DNA of 35,918 nucleotides from positions 1 through 35,918 of the forward strand of contig DASTJX010000289.1 of NCBI GenBank assembly GCA_035716265.1. The letters are read 5' to 3'. Both the position numbers and the translations under genes were made by a program. Below, piece by piece: positions 18,124-27,518 of this stretch. This DNA is from Nitrospira sp. GTDB taxonomy: Bacteria > Nitrospirota > Nitrospiria > Nitrospirales > Nitrospiraceae. The stretch's first letter is position 1. The number at the start of each line of letters is the position of its first letter. The notes below the pieces were generated by a model. That model ran no database searches. It had not been told where the DNA came from and saw only the letters and a program-made list of their open reading frames with translations.

Positions 18124-19779
18124 ATGGGAACAGAAGCGACAATCGGGTCAGCCGTCATCGATCGGCTGCATCAGCTCGGTGTCCGCCATATATTTGGCAT
18201 TCCCGGTGACTACGTCCTCAGCCTCTATCAACTCATCGAGCGCTCCCCGATCCGCCACATCGGAACGACCCGAGAAGACTGCGCCGGGTTCGCTGCGGAC
18301 GCGTATGCCCGTATCAACGGCATCGGTGCAGCCTGTGTCACCTACTGCGTCGGCGGCCTGAATTGCGTCAATGCCATTGCCTGCGCCTATGCCGAACGCT
18401 CTCCCGTTGTGCTCTTGACCGGATCACCGGGCTTGTCGGAAAGGATTCGTACGCCGTACATGCACCATATGGTGCGCGATTTTTCGACGCAACGAGAAGT
18501 GTTTGAGCGAATGACGGTCGCCGCTATTTCGCTGGATGACCCCACCACGGCAGAGCGTGAAATGGACCGCGCCTTTGCGGCGCTCCTGCGATACCGCCGC
18601 CCGATTTATATCGAAATTCCACGCGATCTCGTCCATACCCCTTTGCAGCATCCACTGCGGCCGCTCTGTTTAAACGAGGATCCAAGCGATCCGGCCGCGC
18701 TGGAAGAAGCTATAGGTGAGGTCCGCGCCATGCTGGCATCGGCCAAACGTCCGGCCGTGCTTGCCGGCGCCGAAATCGGGCGGTTTGGCCTTCAGGATGA
18801 TTTGACGCGGCTCGTCGAGCGTCTCAAAATTCCGATCGCCTCAACACTGTTGGGCAAATCAGTCATTCGAGAGGACCATCCGTTGTATGTGGGCGTCTAT
18901 GGAGGATTGATCGCACGTGATGAAGTTCAACAGTTCATCAACGATTCTGATTGCCTCTTGATTCTCGGATCGATCTTGTCTGATCTCGAGGATTTGAATG
19001 CCGACTCGCCGTTGCGGTCCGAGGGCCGCACGATCCATGCAACAGCCGATCACGTCAGCATTCGGCATCATCGCTACGATACGATTCGCTTCCAGGACTT
19101 CGTCCGGGCCCTTGGGACGCATGGTCTGTCGGCACACTCTTCTCGGCCCCTTCCACCACCCCTCTCGATTACTGGGCCGCCGCCTGCCGCCGACTCTCAA
19201 GTGACGTTGAAGGGGTTGTTCGGACATCTGGATCAGAAATTGGACCAAAGCACTCTGGTCATTGCCGACGTCGGGGAATCACTGTTTGCGGCAGCGGACC
19301 TGCGGGTGCATCGGCGGTTTGAATTCCTGTCGCCCGCCTACTACACCTCAATGGGATTCGCGGTTCCGGCGTCGATCGGAGCGTCCTTTGCCGATCCCAC
19401 CTTCCGTCCGATTGTCCTGGTCGGTGACGGCGCCTTTCAGATGACAGGGTCCGAGCTTTCTACCGCCGTCCGGTATCGTCAAGCGCCCATTGTGATTGTT
19501 TTGAACAATCGAGGATATTCCACTGAACGTGAAATTCTGGAAGGTCCGTTCAACGACATTCACGACTGGCGCTATGAGCGAATCTGCGATCTCATCGGCG
19601 GCGGCATCGGCTTCGTCGTGCGAACGCAGCAAGAATTCGAACAAACTCTCGAAAAGGCGTTAGCCGATTCCGGCCAGCTGTATGTTCTAAACGTCCTGCT
19701 CGATCCGGTCGACCGATCGCCCGGCATGATTCGCCTGGCTCAACGCCTGGCGAAACGTCTCTCGACCGACCGCCCGTAA
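18124..19779 (+). CDS. TPP-dependent 2-oxoacid decarboxylase (pyruvate/indolepyruvate decarboxylase family)
   Basis: FGIPGDY, AADAYAR, the MHH dyad and the GDGAFQMT...NN TPP-binding motif. Confidence 0.9.
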   Translation: MGTEATIGSAVIDRLHQLGVRHIFGIPGDYVLSLYQLIERSPIRHIGTTREDCAGFAADAYARINGIGAACVTYCVGGLNCVNAIACAYAERSPVVLLTGSPGLSERIRTPYMHHMVRDFSTQREVFERMTVAAISLDDPTTAEREMDRAFAALLRYRRPIYIEIPRDLVHTPLQHPLRPLCLNEDPSDPAALEEAIGEVRAMLASAKRPAVLAGAEIGRFGLQDDLTRLVERLKIPIASTLLGKSVIREDHPLYVGVYGGLIARDEVQQFINDSDCLLILGSILSDLEDLNADSPLRSEGRTIHATADHVSIRHHRYDTIRFQDFVRALGTHGLSAHSSRPLPPPLSITGPPPAADSQVTLKGLFGHLDQKLDQSTLVIADVGESLFAAADLRVHRRFEFLSPAYYTSMGFAVPASIGASFADPTFRPIVLVGDGAFQMTGSELSTAVRYRQAPIVIVLNNRGYSTEREILEGPFNDIHDWRYERICDLIGGGIGFVVRTQQEFEQTLEKALADSGQLYVLNVLLDPVDRSPGMIRLAQRLAKRLSTDRP

Positions 19780-19939
19780 TTTCCATACGGCATCACCGGA
19801 ACACCGTCCTTCATGGGTACCAGAGGCAGACCTCACCCCATACCGGATGTCGGATAATGCAGCTTGTGGACGTAATCAGAAATAACCCATGTACAAGGGA
19901 GGAGGGAAAAGCCGCAGGGCTCTCAGAATGCGGGTTCTG

Positions 19940-20146
19940 CTAGCCTTTCGGTTGGTGTGGTCCTTTCGATGCGAAGACCGTCGCATCACAGGCCAGGTAC
20001 TTGATCTGCTTCATAGGCACGATGATCACTTCCTTCGCCGAATCCACTTCCAATACTTCCATGTCGTCACTGATGGTATGCCTGACGGCATCCTTGACGA
20101 CCAGTTCTTGGTTATCCACGAATACAATCTTGACCCAATATTGCAC
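19940..20146 (-). CDS. Small beta-rich hypothetical protein (68 aa)
   Basis: AAGGAG RBS and GTG start directly downstream of proC. Confidence 0.7.
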   Translation of the reverse strand: MQYWVKIVFVDNQELVVKDAVRHTISDDMEVLEVDSAKEVIIVPMKQIKYLACDATVFASKGPHQPKG

Positions 20147-20161
20147 GATACGGTACTCCTT

Positions 20162-20980
20162 CTAGACGGACCTACCTAATTCTTGTGACCGTCGTGTTGC
20201 CGCTTCCACTGCTGAGATTAGCGTCGCCCGCAGACCGCCCCGTTCGAGTTCATGCAGTCCAGAAATAGTCGTACCGCCAGGCGAAGCCACACGGTCCTTG
20301 AGCATCCCGGGATGCTCCCGTGACTCGAGCATCATCCGCGCCGCGCCATGAACGGTTTGCGCTGCCAGAAGCTGGGCGGTCTCTCGAGGCAAGCCCGCCT
20401 TCACGCCTCCATCCGCCAATGCTTCGATCATGACATAGACATAGGCCGGTCCGCCTCCACTCAGGCCCGTGACGGCATCAAGCGCCCCTTCCTCCACTTT
20501 CACGACCTGTCCGATGGATTCGAACAGCGCCCGCACAATACCCGCGTTTGCATCAGACAGGTGCGCATCGTAGGCAACAGCGGTGACGCCTTCTCGAATA
20601 AGAGACGGCGTATTGGGCATGGAACGCACAATTTGGATTGTCCCCGGCACGTAGTGCGCAATGCGGGCGATCGGGTATCCTGCCGCAACTGAGATGATAA
20701 GCGTCTCTTGTTGAATGACCACTGCCAGGTCTGTAAGCGCCTCATCCAGGACTTGCGGCTCCACAGCAAGAACCAGTATGTCCGCCCGTTTCGCGACGTC
20801 GCGATTTGTCGGAGCCGCTTCGATTTTGTAGATTTCGTGAAGGCGGGCCACCTTGGACGCATTGACATCTGAGGCGAGGACTTGGGCTGGTGCTACCCTC
20901 CTGTCGTATAGCAGGCCGGAGATCAGCGCTTCGGCCATGTTCCCAGCGCCGATAAAGCCTATCGTGCGGCCAGACAGCAT
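20162..20980 (-). CDS. proC: Pyrroline-5-carboxylate reductase
   Basis: Motifs IGFIGAGNMA, RSMPNTP, TGLSGGGPAY and VASPGGTT. Confidence 0.96.
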   Translation of the reverse strand: MLSGRTIGFIGAGNMAEALISGLLYDRRVAPAQVLASDVNASKVARLHEIYKIEAAPTNRDVAKRADILVLAVEPQVLDEALTDLAVVIQQETLIISVAAGYPIARIAHYVPGTIQIVRSMPNTPSLIREGVTAVAYDAHLSDANAGIVRALFESIGQVVKVEEGALDAVTGLSGGGPAYVYVMIEALADGGVKAGLPRETAQLLAAQTVHGAARMMLESREHPGMLKDRVASPGGTTISGLHELERGGLRATLISAVEAATRRSQELGRSV

Positions 20981-20986
20981 CCGGCG

Positions 20987-21016
20987 ATTATACTGTCGCT
21001 CTTCGAAGCGCTTCAA
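20987..21016 (-). promoter_or_regulatory. Sigma70 promoter of proC (probably leaderless transcript)
   Basis: TTGAAG-18 nt-TATAAT-6 nt-ATG. Confidence 0.6.
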
Positions 21017-21118
21017 CTTGGAACTTGCTGATTCCTTCGGCTCTTCGGTACAGTAATATCAGTTGTTTCTTCGTCTTTTTCTATCCTTCACTCATCATCA
21101 TCGATACTGGAGGCACTC

Positions 21119-22192
21119 ATGAGGCAACTGGCGCTTTCGAGTCTAGTGCTCCTCGTACTGCTTCTCTCGAACGGTTGGGCCCGCCAGGAATCGCTTACCG
21201 TGGAAGAAAAGGAGAAACTTGAAAAGATCGATCGAGTGCTGGTTGAGGTCATCGCCATCTCAGACAAAGGCTCGACCGATGCTGGTCCTTTAACGGACGT
21301 CGTGGTGAAGCGGATGAACGAATTCGGATATACCGTGGTGACCGACTCGTCCCAACCGCATGATGTGACGCTGAACGTCAAATGCGAGCAGCGCAAGATT
21401 TGGGAAGGCACGACGAAAATGGGGAGCGATGCCGACCTGCCGGATTCGCCATCGCGCTTGTGGAAAGGTCCAGCCTGTCAACTCTCCTACGTGTTGGACG
21501 GCAAAAAGATGCCCTGGCGGAAAGAGGTGAGAACGGAATTTACGGATGCCGAACAAGCAGCCGCAGCCGCGAACGCGGGAGATCCATCGGCATTCGCGAT
21601 GAGCAAATTGAAGGAACGTCTGGAGGATTATGATTTCCCAGCGCTCATCACGGCGGAATGGGGACAGGAAGAACGCTTATTCAAGCTCTACGATAACCCT
21701 TCGACCTCTTCCGTCCGTAAAGTACGGCTCATCGGCTTGTTTGGTTATCTCTTCGAGGCCAAAGCCGTTCCCCGCCTCCTCGCCGGGTTGAAAGACAAGG
21801 ACATAGAAATAGCCAAGGCTTCCGCGCTGGCGCTTGGAAACATCGGTCAAAAAGACACGGTTCCAACCTTGATTCAAACCATGACGAACGGCCCCCCGGA
21901 GTTGCGGCCGTCAGCGGCGAAAGCGTTGGGTGTCTTGGGCGCCCTGCACGGCGATTTTACGATCGTCGATCCGTTGCTCGAAACATTGAAGACCGACGAT
22001 GTCGCATTGAAAACCGAAGTCGCCTGGGCTCTTGGTAAACTGCCTGATCGAAAGGCGTATGAACCGCTGTATGCGTTACAAAAATCACTGCATCACGTTC
22101 GCGACCATGACGCCGATCCTAAGGTGGTCAAGTTGAAAGAGGCCGTCAACTGGAGCATCAAGCAAATCGACACGTGGGAATACCTTCAATAA
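21119..22192 (+). CDS. Exported HEAT/PBS-lyase-repeat protein
   Basis: Signal peptide and GGAGG RBS; repeats SALALGNIG, AAKALGVLG and VAWALGKL. Confidence 0.85.
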   Translation: MRQLALSSLVLLVLLLSNGWARQESLTVEEKEKLEKIDRVLVEVIAISDKGSTDAGPLTDVVVKRMNEFGYTVVTDSSQPHDVTLNVKCEQRKIWEGTTKMGSDADLPDSPSRLWKGPACQLSYVLDGKKMPWRKEVRTEFTDAEQAAAAANAGDPSAFAMSKLKERLEDYDFPALITAEWGQEERLFKLYDNPSTSSVRKVRLIGLFGYLFEAKAVPRLLAGLKDKDIEIAKASALALGNIGQKDTVPTLIQTMTNGPPELRPSAAKALGVLGALHGDFTIVDPLLETLKTDDVALKTEVAWALGKLPDRKAYEPLYALQKSLHHVRDHDADPKVVKLKEAVNWSIKQIDTWEYLQ

Positions 22193-22239
22193 GGCGCCCT
22201 AGGGATTTGGTGCTTTCAATTATCCGACCATGAGGTTTC

Positions 22240-22746
22240 GTGAAGCTGTCTCCTGCTATCATCGGAATCGTCACCTTGGCAATCGTCTGTATAACACAGC
22301 CGGCATGGTCGCAGACGATGGGAGATGAGGCGGAGCTGGAACGGCTGCGAGTCAAGGCGGAGGAAGCGATCGCGAGCGACGACCCCGAAGGTGCCGCCAT
22401 GAATATGGGGAGGGCAGCGCTGATGGCAAAACGGCTGGGTCTACTCAGCCGAGAGAACCCCGCGTCCGTCCGCCTGTATCAAGGAGCGGAATCGCTGTTC
22501 CGCTCACAAGAACACGGCTACCGGGCTATGGCATTGTTCCGACGAGCGGGTGGCCAGTTGCCAGCCTCGTCCGGCGTATGCGGAAGTCTCGCCTTGGCCC
22601 AGGGAAGCGTACAGCGAGCTCTGTTAGAACTCAGCAGCGAATCCCTTCCCGTTTCACTGGTCGAACGTGCAACGCGTTGGCGGGAAACCGCCGATGACTG
22701 GGTCACGGTCGTAGCGGCAATGATTACTGACTACCAATGTCCGTAG
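22240..22746 (+). CDS. Exported helical hypothetical protein
   Basis: Signal peptide (AWS cleavage site) and two Cys in the mature part. Confidence 0.75.
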   Translation: MKLSPAIIGIVTLAIVCITQPAWSQTMGDEAELERLRVKAEEAIASDDPEGAAMNMGRAALMAKRLGLLSRENPASVRLYQGAESLFRSQEHGYRAMALFRRAGGQLPASSGVCGSLALAQGSVQRALLELSSESLPVSLVERATRWRETADDWVTVVAAMITDYQCP

Positions 22747-22769
22747 CCCAATAACCCACTTGGCTTCGG

Positions 22770-23213
22770 CTAATCCTCCTCGGGATTGATAATGTGCAGA
22801 CCGGCGGTTTTACTCGCGGACAAAAGCTGCGTGTCGGCGCTCACAACCGTGAGTCGCAAGGGCTTTAACTCCAATGCCAACGCTAAATGCAATACCTGCT
22901 GCGTCCTTAAACCAGGGTATTCCATCATCAGTTCTTTGGTGGACAGATACGTGTGCATGGTCGGCACGATGAATTGGAAGAGCCCTTGGGCCGATTCCCG
23001 TTCGAATTTATGGATGACCGAGTAGCAATCATCCCGTGTCAACTCGCCTTGCTGGGCACGGTTCGAGAACGCCGAATACAACTCCGTGACAGTCCAGGTA
23101 GGGAGAATTGCGACCTTGCCTCGCTTGACCATGAGCTTATTCACGATTCTCGTTCCCCGTTCCATGCTGTAGCGTTTCACGAGAGCCGTCGAATCGAAAT
23201 AGTAATACGGCAT
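22770..23213 (-). CDS. PIN-domain (VapC-like) protein
   Basis: YFDSTALVKRY..E.GT, TVTELYSAF, VSADTQL and GLHIINP. The third conserved Asp appears replaced (LRTQQVLHLA). Confidence 0.85.
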   Translation of the reverse strand: MPYYYFDSTALVKRYSMERGTRIVNKLMVKRGKVAILPTWTVTELYSAFSNRAQQGELTRDDCYSVIHKFERESAQGLFQFIVPTMHTYLSTKELMMEYPGLRTQQVLHLALALELKPLRLTVVSADTQLLSASKTAGLHIINPEED

Positions 23214-23216
23214 GGA

Positions 23217-23480
23217 TCAGACCCTCCCTTTGAGAATGACCGCAGCCAATGGCCCGGGCATTTTTGAGAGCCGGTCCTGGAGTTCGTCTAAGGGTACTTC
23301 TTCGTATCCTTCACGACGCAGTTTATCGGCCAGATTGCCTCCATTAAAAGCTGCCGTATCGCTCTTTAATCGTTCGTTCAGCCGCCGTTTTGCCAACCGG
23401 CTGGGAACGCGTTGTTGCGTTGCCGTCAATCCCCTGCCGCGGCTGCGGGGGGCCCGCCCTCCTGGTTTCGATCTGCTCAT
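23217..23480 (-). CDS. Putative antitoxin-like partner of the PIN protein
   Basis: Small ORF 3 nt upstream of the PIN gene with GGGAGGGAG RBS; the C-terminus resembles VapB tails. Confidence 0.55.
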   Translation of the reverse strand: MSRSKPGGRAPRSRGRGLTATQQRVPSRLAKRRLNERLKSDTAAFNGGNLADKLRREGYEEVPLDELQDRLSKMPGPLAAVILKGRV

Positions 23481-23505
23481 ACCGGTCTTCTCCCTCCCTT
23501 TCGAG

Positions 23506-24663
23506 TTAATGAATGGCGTTGGCGGGTCTGGCTTTTAACGCCTCCCGTGGACACCCGGCTGGGCGAATGGCCTCAGCCGGTAGTTCGGACTCTCCATACA
23601 CATGTGCGGCGATGGCCTTGGCGACATCCGCCGACAGGTCGTGCTGCATGACTCTGATCACTTTTGCCGTGGCTTCCCGCTCGGATAAGTGCCCTTCCTT
23701 TCCGCCTTTTGAAATCGCCCCGATGATTCGTTGTCCCGCCAGGTCAACGATTTCAAAATCGCTGCACCAGCGAACATAGGTGAACTGTGGGTCGCGAATG
23801 TCCACGGGCCAGACACGCACCATCCCGCGAAGCAGCAATTCCGGCGCTGGACGTGGTCCCGCCGCACTCGCTGTTTCCGTTCCTGATGGGAGGGCGGCAA
23901 CGCGGAGTCCTTCCTTGATCAACCCTTCTGTCAATGCCCGCTGCACCGGTTCGACATGATCGCCCGTGATGGCCACGGTGAGTATAAGATGTGAGGCGAG
24001 GTAGTCTTCCAACTCGCGACTTAGTTCCTGGAGACGAAAGCGCGTGGGTAGCCCCTGTCCGCTGGCCCGAACGACACGAAGATCTGCATTATAGGTTTCG
24101 CGGAGGACCACATTGCGGGTCGCCCGCCTCAAGGCGCGCACTTTCGCCAACCTGTCTGACGCGTGGCCGGCTTCCTCGACGTCGGACAGTACGGCACGAT
24201 CCAACTCGGTCATGCGCTCGATCAAGGCCGTTTCGGCCTGGGCCCTATGCATCCCTCCCAAAGCGTAATGCAGCCCTTTTCTCGCATCGTACCAACGGTC
24301 GAGAATTTTGGCGTTTTCCAACACTTTGTCGGTGGAGACGCGCGTCAACTGGTCGAGCATGAGACGTCGCTCGTCATGACTCGTGCCACGCTGCTCAACG
24401 ACCAAGTAGGACTCCCAGTCTTGTGACTGCGCAGAGATTTCTGCTTTGAAGATACGCGCCAGAGCGGCATAGGCCTGATTATCGGCTACGGCCCGATTGT
24501 CGCCCTGTCCCACGCCTGTGAGATATTGTGCTGAGGGATACTCCGAACTGGCACCGTCCATCCAGGAAGGCTTTGACAGGCCTCCCCACCCAGAGCATCC
24601 CATGAGAATCGCCGTGAACAGGATCGCGGCGTGTCCAGCCCCATTTGGTAAAGCCACGTTCAC
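23506..24663 (-). CDS. LPP20-like lipoprotein with C-terminal alpha/beta domain
   Basis: Lipobox LMGC and KPSWM...YLTGVG...A...A LPP20 pattern. GTGA coupling with the upstream gene. Confidence 0.8.
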   Translation of the reverse strand: MNVALPNGAGHAAILFTAILMGCSGWGGLSKPSWMDGASSEYPSAQYLTGVGQGDNRAVADNQAYAALARIFKAEISAQSQDWESYLVVEQRGTSHDERRLMLDQLTRVSTDKVLENAKILDRWYDARKGLHYALGGMHRAQAETALIERMTELDRAVLSDVEEAGHASDRLAKVRALRRATRNVVLRETYNADLRVVRASGQGLPTRFRLQELSRELEDYLASHLILTVAITGDHVEPVQRALTEGLIKEGLRVAALPSGTETASAAGPRPAPELLLRGMVRVWPVDIRDPQFTYVRWCSDFEIVDLAGQRIIGAISKGGKEGHLSEREATAKVIRVMQHDLSADVAKAIAAHVYGESELPAEAIRPAGCPREALKARPANAIH

Positions 24664-26153
24664 TGCATCACCCGTTGGATGAGGATGGCCGTTTCCCCTG
24701 CCCGAAGCGTCAGTGTTTTCTCGGATGCCGCTGACCTCATGAACCGAAAACCCACATCAGCCACCGCACCTTCTATATGGTATTTCCCGGGAGACACCCA
24801 GGCCCGCGCGAGGTGAATCTCATCCGGGAGCGTCCTCCAGCTGCGCTTGTCCGACTCTTCGGACGCCACAGCAAATCCCTTAGTGAGGAGGCCAACGGCC
24901 AGTCCGACCAGAGGTGCGGCATCTCTTCCCGCTGCCTGCTGCGCGCCTCTCGTGGCAGCTTCAGCCATGCTGAACTTCAGCGCGGCACGAGCCACGGCCT
25001 TCACAGTGATGCCGGGGAGGCGATCAGCCAATGCCTTATTGGCTAATGCCGTAACATTCTGCACCAACTCTGTTCGCACCGTGAGTGGTGCCCCCTCCAC
25101 GGGCAGCAGTCGGATTGTGTCTGTCCGTACTTGCGTTTTTTGCGGGACCATCATCGGTAAGGCCACACGCACGACGCGGCCGTTGAGCCCATATAACGCG
25201 GTGTCAGCCGCTCGATGTTGCTGACGGTTCCCTTGGAAGAGCCCCCGGTTGAGCAGCACCAGTTGGAGTGCGTCAACACTGATCGGCAAGTCAAGGAACT
25301 GGTCCTCCTTACGCGGAGCGCGGCCATTATAGCTGATCACAATCACTTGAGCGAGCTGTTGGTTGGCTTCGAGGCTGCTCCAGGCCGTTTCAGGAAACCG
25401 CTGCTGATAGTCTGATAATTCCTGGCTCAAATGCAGAGCATCCGCCGTTCGCAACAGATCAGCCTGCAATTGAGCCGGCACTCCTGTGCGCGACCATCCG
25501 CGAGATGAGTCAAACGTCTCATACGCCTTGCGGTACGCGATGAAGGCATTATTGATGTCTCCGGTGCTCTCGTAGAGGATACCGCTGAGGTACCGTGCAA
25601 AGCCGTCGTCACGATAGGCAGCCTTGTCCTTGGTTCGGTCGGCGAGGACGTTCAGACGATGGTCGATACGGCGGGCCTCAACCAGCGCATCCTGCCAGCG
25701 GTTCAACGAAGCGTAGTTCAAGGCCTTGAGCACATTGATCATCACCTGTTCATAGGGCTCGCCTTCATAGGGCAGAGTATTATCGTTCGTCATGAATGCA
25801 GCGCTTTCCGTACGAACCGTTCTCGTATACAGACGATCCACTTCCTCTTCAGCTTCATCCAGTACCTGGTTGCTCTGTTCATATTCACCGGCCAACTGAA
25901 GAGTCATGCCCCGGTCCATGCCATAAAGAACGCGGCTCTTCGCGCCATAGTCCTTCTCGGCCTGCCGCATGATGGCGTCCGCTTGCTGGTAATCGCTGGT
26001 GAGAAGGCTTTTATCAACGAGGAGATAATGGTTCTGGGATAAGCTGCAGCCGCCGAGCGAGGCACTGCACAGGAAGGCCAGGACCTGAGCAGACACACAA
26101 ACGCCCCACCGCGTAGAGGGGTGACCGGTGGGGCGTGAGACAAGAGGGCTCAA
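24660..26153 (-). CDS. COG3014-like TPR lipoprotein
   Basis: Lipobox LGGC and motifs NDNTLPYEGEPYE, ALNY...DALVEARR, YLSGILYE and DKRSWRTLP. Confidence 0.8.
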   Translation of the reverse strand: MSPLVSRPTGHPSTRWGVCVSAQVLAFLCSASLGGCSLSQNHYLLVDKSLLTSDYQQADAIMRQAEKDYGAKSRVLYGMDRGMTLQLAGEYEQSNQVLDEAEEEVDRLYTRTVRTESAAFMTNDNTLPYEGEPYEQVMINVLKALNYASLNRWQDALVEARRIDHRLNVLADRTKDKAAYRDDGFARYLSGILYESTGDINNAFIAYRKAYETFDSSRGWSRTGVPAQLQADLLRTADALHLSQELSDYQQRFPETAWSSLEANQQLAQVIVISYNGRAPRKEDQFLDLPISVDALQLVLLNRGLFQGNRQQHRAADTALYGLNGRVVRVALPMMVPQKTQVRTDTIRLLPVEGAPLTVRTELVQNVTALANKALADRLPGITVKAVARAALKFSMAEAATRGAQQAAGRDAAPLVGLAVGLLTKGFAVASEESDKRSWRTLPDEIHLARAWVSPGKYHIEGAVADVGFRFMRSAASEKTLTLRAGETAILIQRVMQ

Positions 26154-26168
26154 CGGAGTTCGCGGAGC

Positions 26169-26807
26169 CTAGAAAATTGTTCGCTTCTTCTCGATAACTT
26201 TTTTGATCTTCTTTTGCCCGAACCACACCTTGGCGTTGCTTTCCAAATCCACCATCTGGAGATCGACCTGATAGAACATCGCCTTGGTGCCGTCTGCTTC
26301 ATCCAGAATCGTGGCGATCGTGCCCTTCATAATGTAATCGGCACCGATTTCCTTGCCCGGAGCCTTCTGTGTATCTTCCCTGGCATACATCGCCTGTTCT
26401 TTGCGCTCTGAGCGGACTTCGTCTCGCTCATTCTTGCCCGCCACGAACGTCACCCTTTGAGAATTGGTCAGCTCACGCTCCAAATCGGTCACGAATGTGT
26501 GCACGTTGATATGTTCATGACTATTGTTCAACACGGTGCCGACGACAACCACCGGCTGCCGTCGTTTGGATTGACTGAACGTATTCAACCACGGATACTC
26601 GAGCGCTTCCTTGACCATGGATTCGGCCACAATACGGGAGTCCGTATCGTTCCAACGCCCGCTTAAGTCGGTCACCACTCCGGCATCGATACGAGTGACC
26701 CGGGTTTCACCGCCGCACGCCGCCAGGCCCACCAGCAGGCACATGAGCACCGCTAGCTTGCTCCAACGGTTGCGTTCCGGCATGACGTTCATCACGGGCT
26801 CCTTCAT
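26169..26807 (-). CDS. LpoB-like (penicillin-binding protein activator family) lipoprotein
   Basis: Lipobox LAAC and motifs DLSGRWNDTD, NNSHEHI, GADY...GTI and FYQVDLQMVDLESNAKVW. The true start may be a few codons downstream. Confidence 0.8.
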   Translation of the reverse strand: MKEPVMNVMPERNRWSKLAVLMCLLVGLAACGGETRVTRIDAGVVTDLSGRWNDTDSRIVAESMVKEALEYPWLNTFSQSKRRQPVVVVGTVLNNSHEHINVHTFVTDLERELTNSQRVTFVAGKNERDEVRSERKEQAMYAREDTQKAPGKEIGADYIMKGTIATILDEADGTKAMFYQVDLQMVDLESNAKVWFGQKKIKKVIEKKRTIF

Positions 26808-27373
26808 TAATGGTTAGCCCGCTTGTCTTCTTCCTTCTCCAAACGCTCGAACAGCTTGTCCGCATTTTTACGGACGAAATCGCGCACTTGCGCGTTCAAT
26901 TCCTTAGCCTGCTCGAGATTGTTCTTCATTTCCTCCAGATTCAATTTGGTTAACACGTAGTAGGTGCTGGTCTTGTCGTCCTTATATCGTTCGATTGGAC
27001 GTACGCCGCTCAAGGTGGTGGTGGTGACGGTTTTGATGGCTCGTTCGACGTTTTGTTCTTCGGTGTTGCGTGTAAAATCGCCGGCGGTTGTCGAGGCCGC
27101 ATAGTCACGCATCAGATAGCCGGTGTACGTTTCAAAGGTCTTGGCAATTTCGGCCCGTGCGCGGTTTTCAGCGGTGTCCCAGGCCAGGGGCTCATTCTTG
27201 ACGCCTGTGACGGATCCGACGCCATAAAAGGCTTTCGTATCTTTTTCGTTGAAGGCACCGGACCCTTGCTTCACCCATTTGGGAGGTCCGCCGCATGCGG
27301 CTAGCCCCAGCACCAGTATCAAGGTCAACGCACCACAGATCGCGCTGGAGAAAGACCCTCGTAGCTGATTCAT
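26807..27373 (-). CDS. LPP20 family lipoprotein
   Basis: AAGGAGG RBS, lipobox LAAC and PKWV...FYGVGS...AENRARAEIA. Confidence 0.85.
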   Translation of the reverse strand: MNQLRGSFSSAICGALTLILVLGLAACGGPPKWVKQGSGAFNEKDTKAFYGVGSVTGVKNEPLAWDTAENRARAEIAKTFETYTGYLMRDYAASTTAGDFTRNTEEQNVERAIKTVTTTTLSGVRPIERYKDDKTSTYYVLTKLNLEEMKNNLEQAKELNAQVRDFVRKNADKLFERLEKEEDKRANH

Positions 27374-27450
27374 GCGATGTCCTCCTTGGCTAGCTTGGAT
27401 GGCGGTCTGGTCTGCGTGGGTGTCCGTCCGGCGTCGAGACCAGTGCAAAT

Positions 27451-27479
27451 ATGGTACCATGCACCCCTCATTCCGTCAA
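27451..27479 (-). promoter_or_regulatory. Sigma70 promoter of the lipoprotein operon
   Basis: TTGACG-17 nt-TACCAT with an extended -10 TG. Confidence 0.6.
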
Positions 27480-27518
27480 CGCGAGTGGTCCCTAGTTTAT
27501 AGGTTCAAGGAGGTATCC

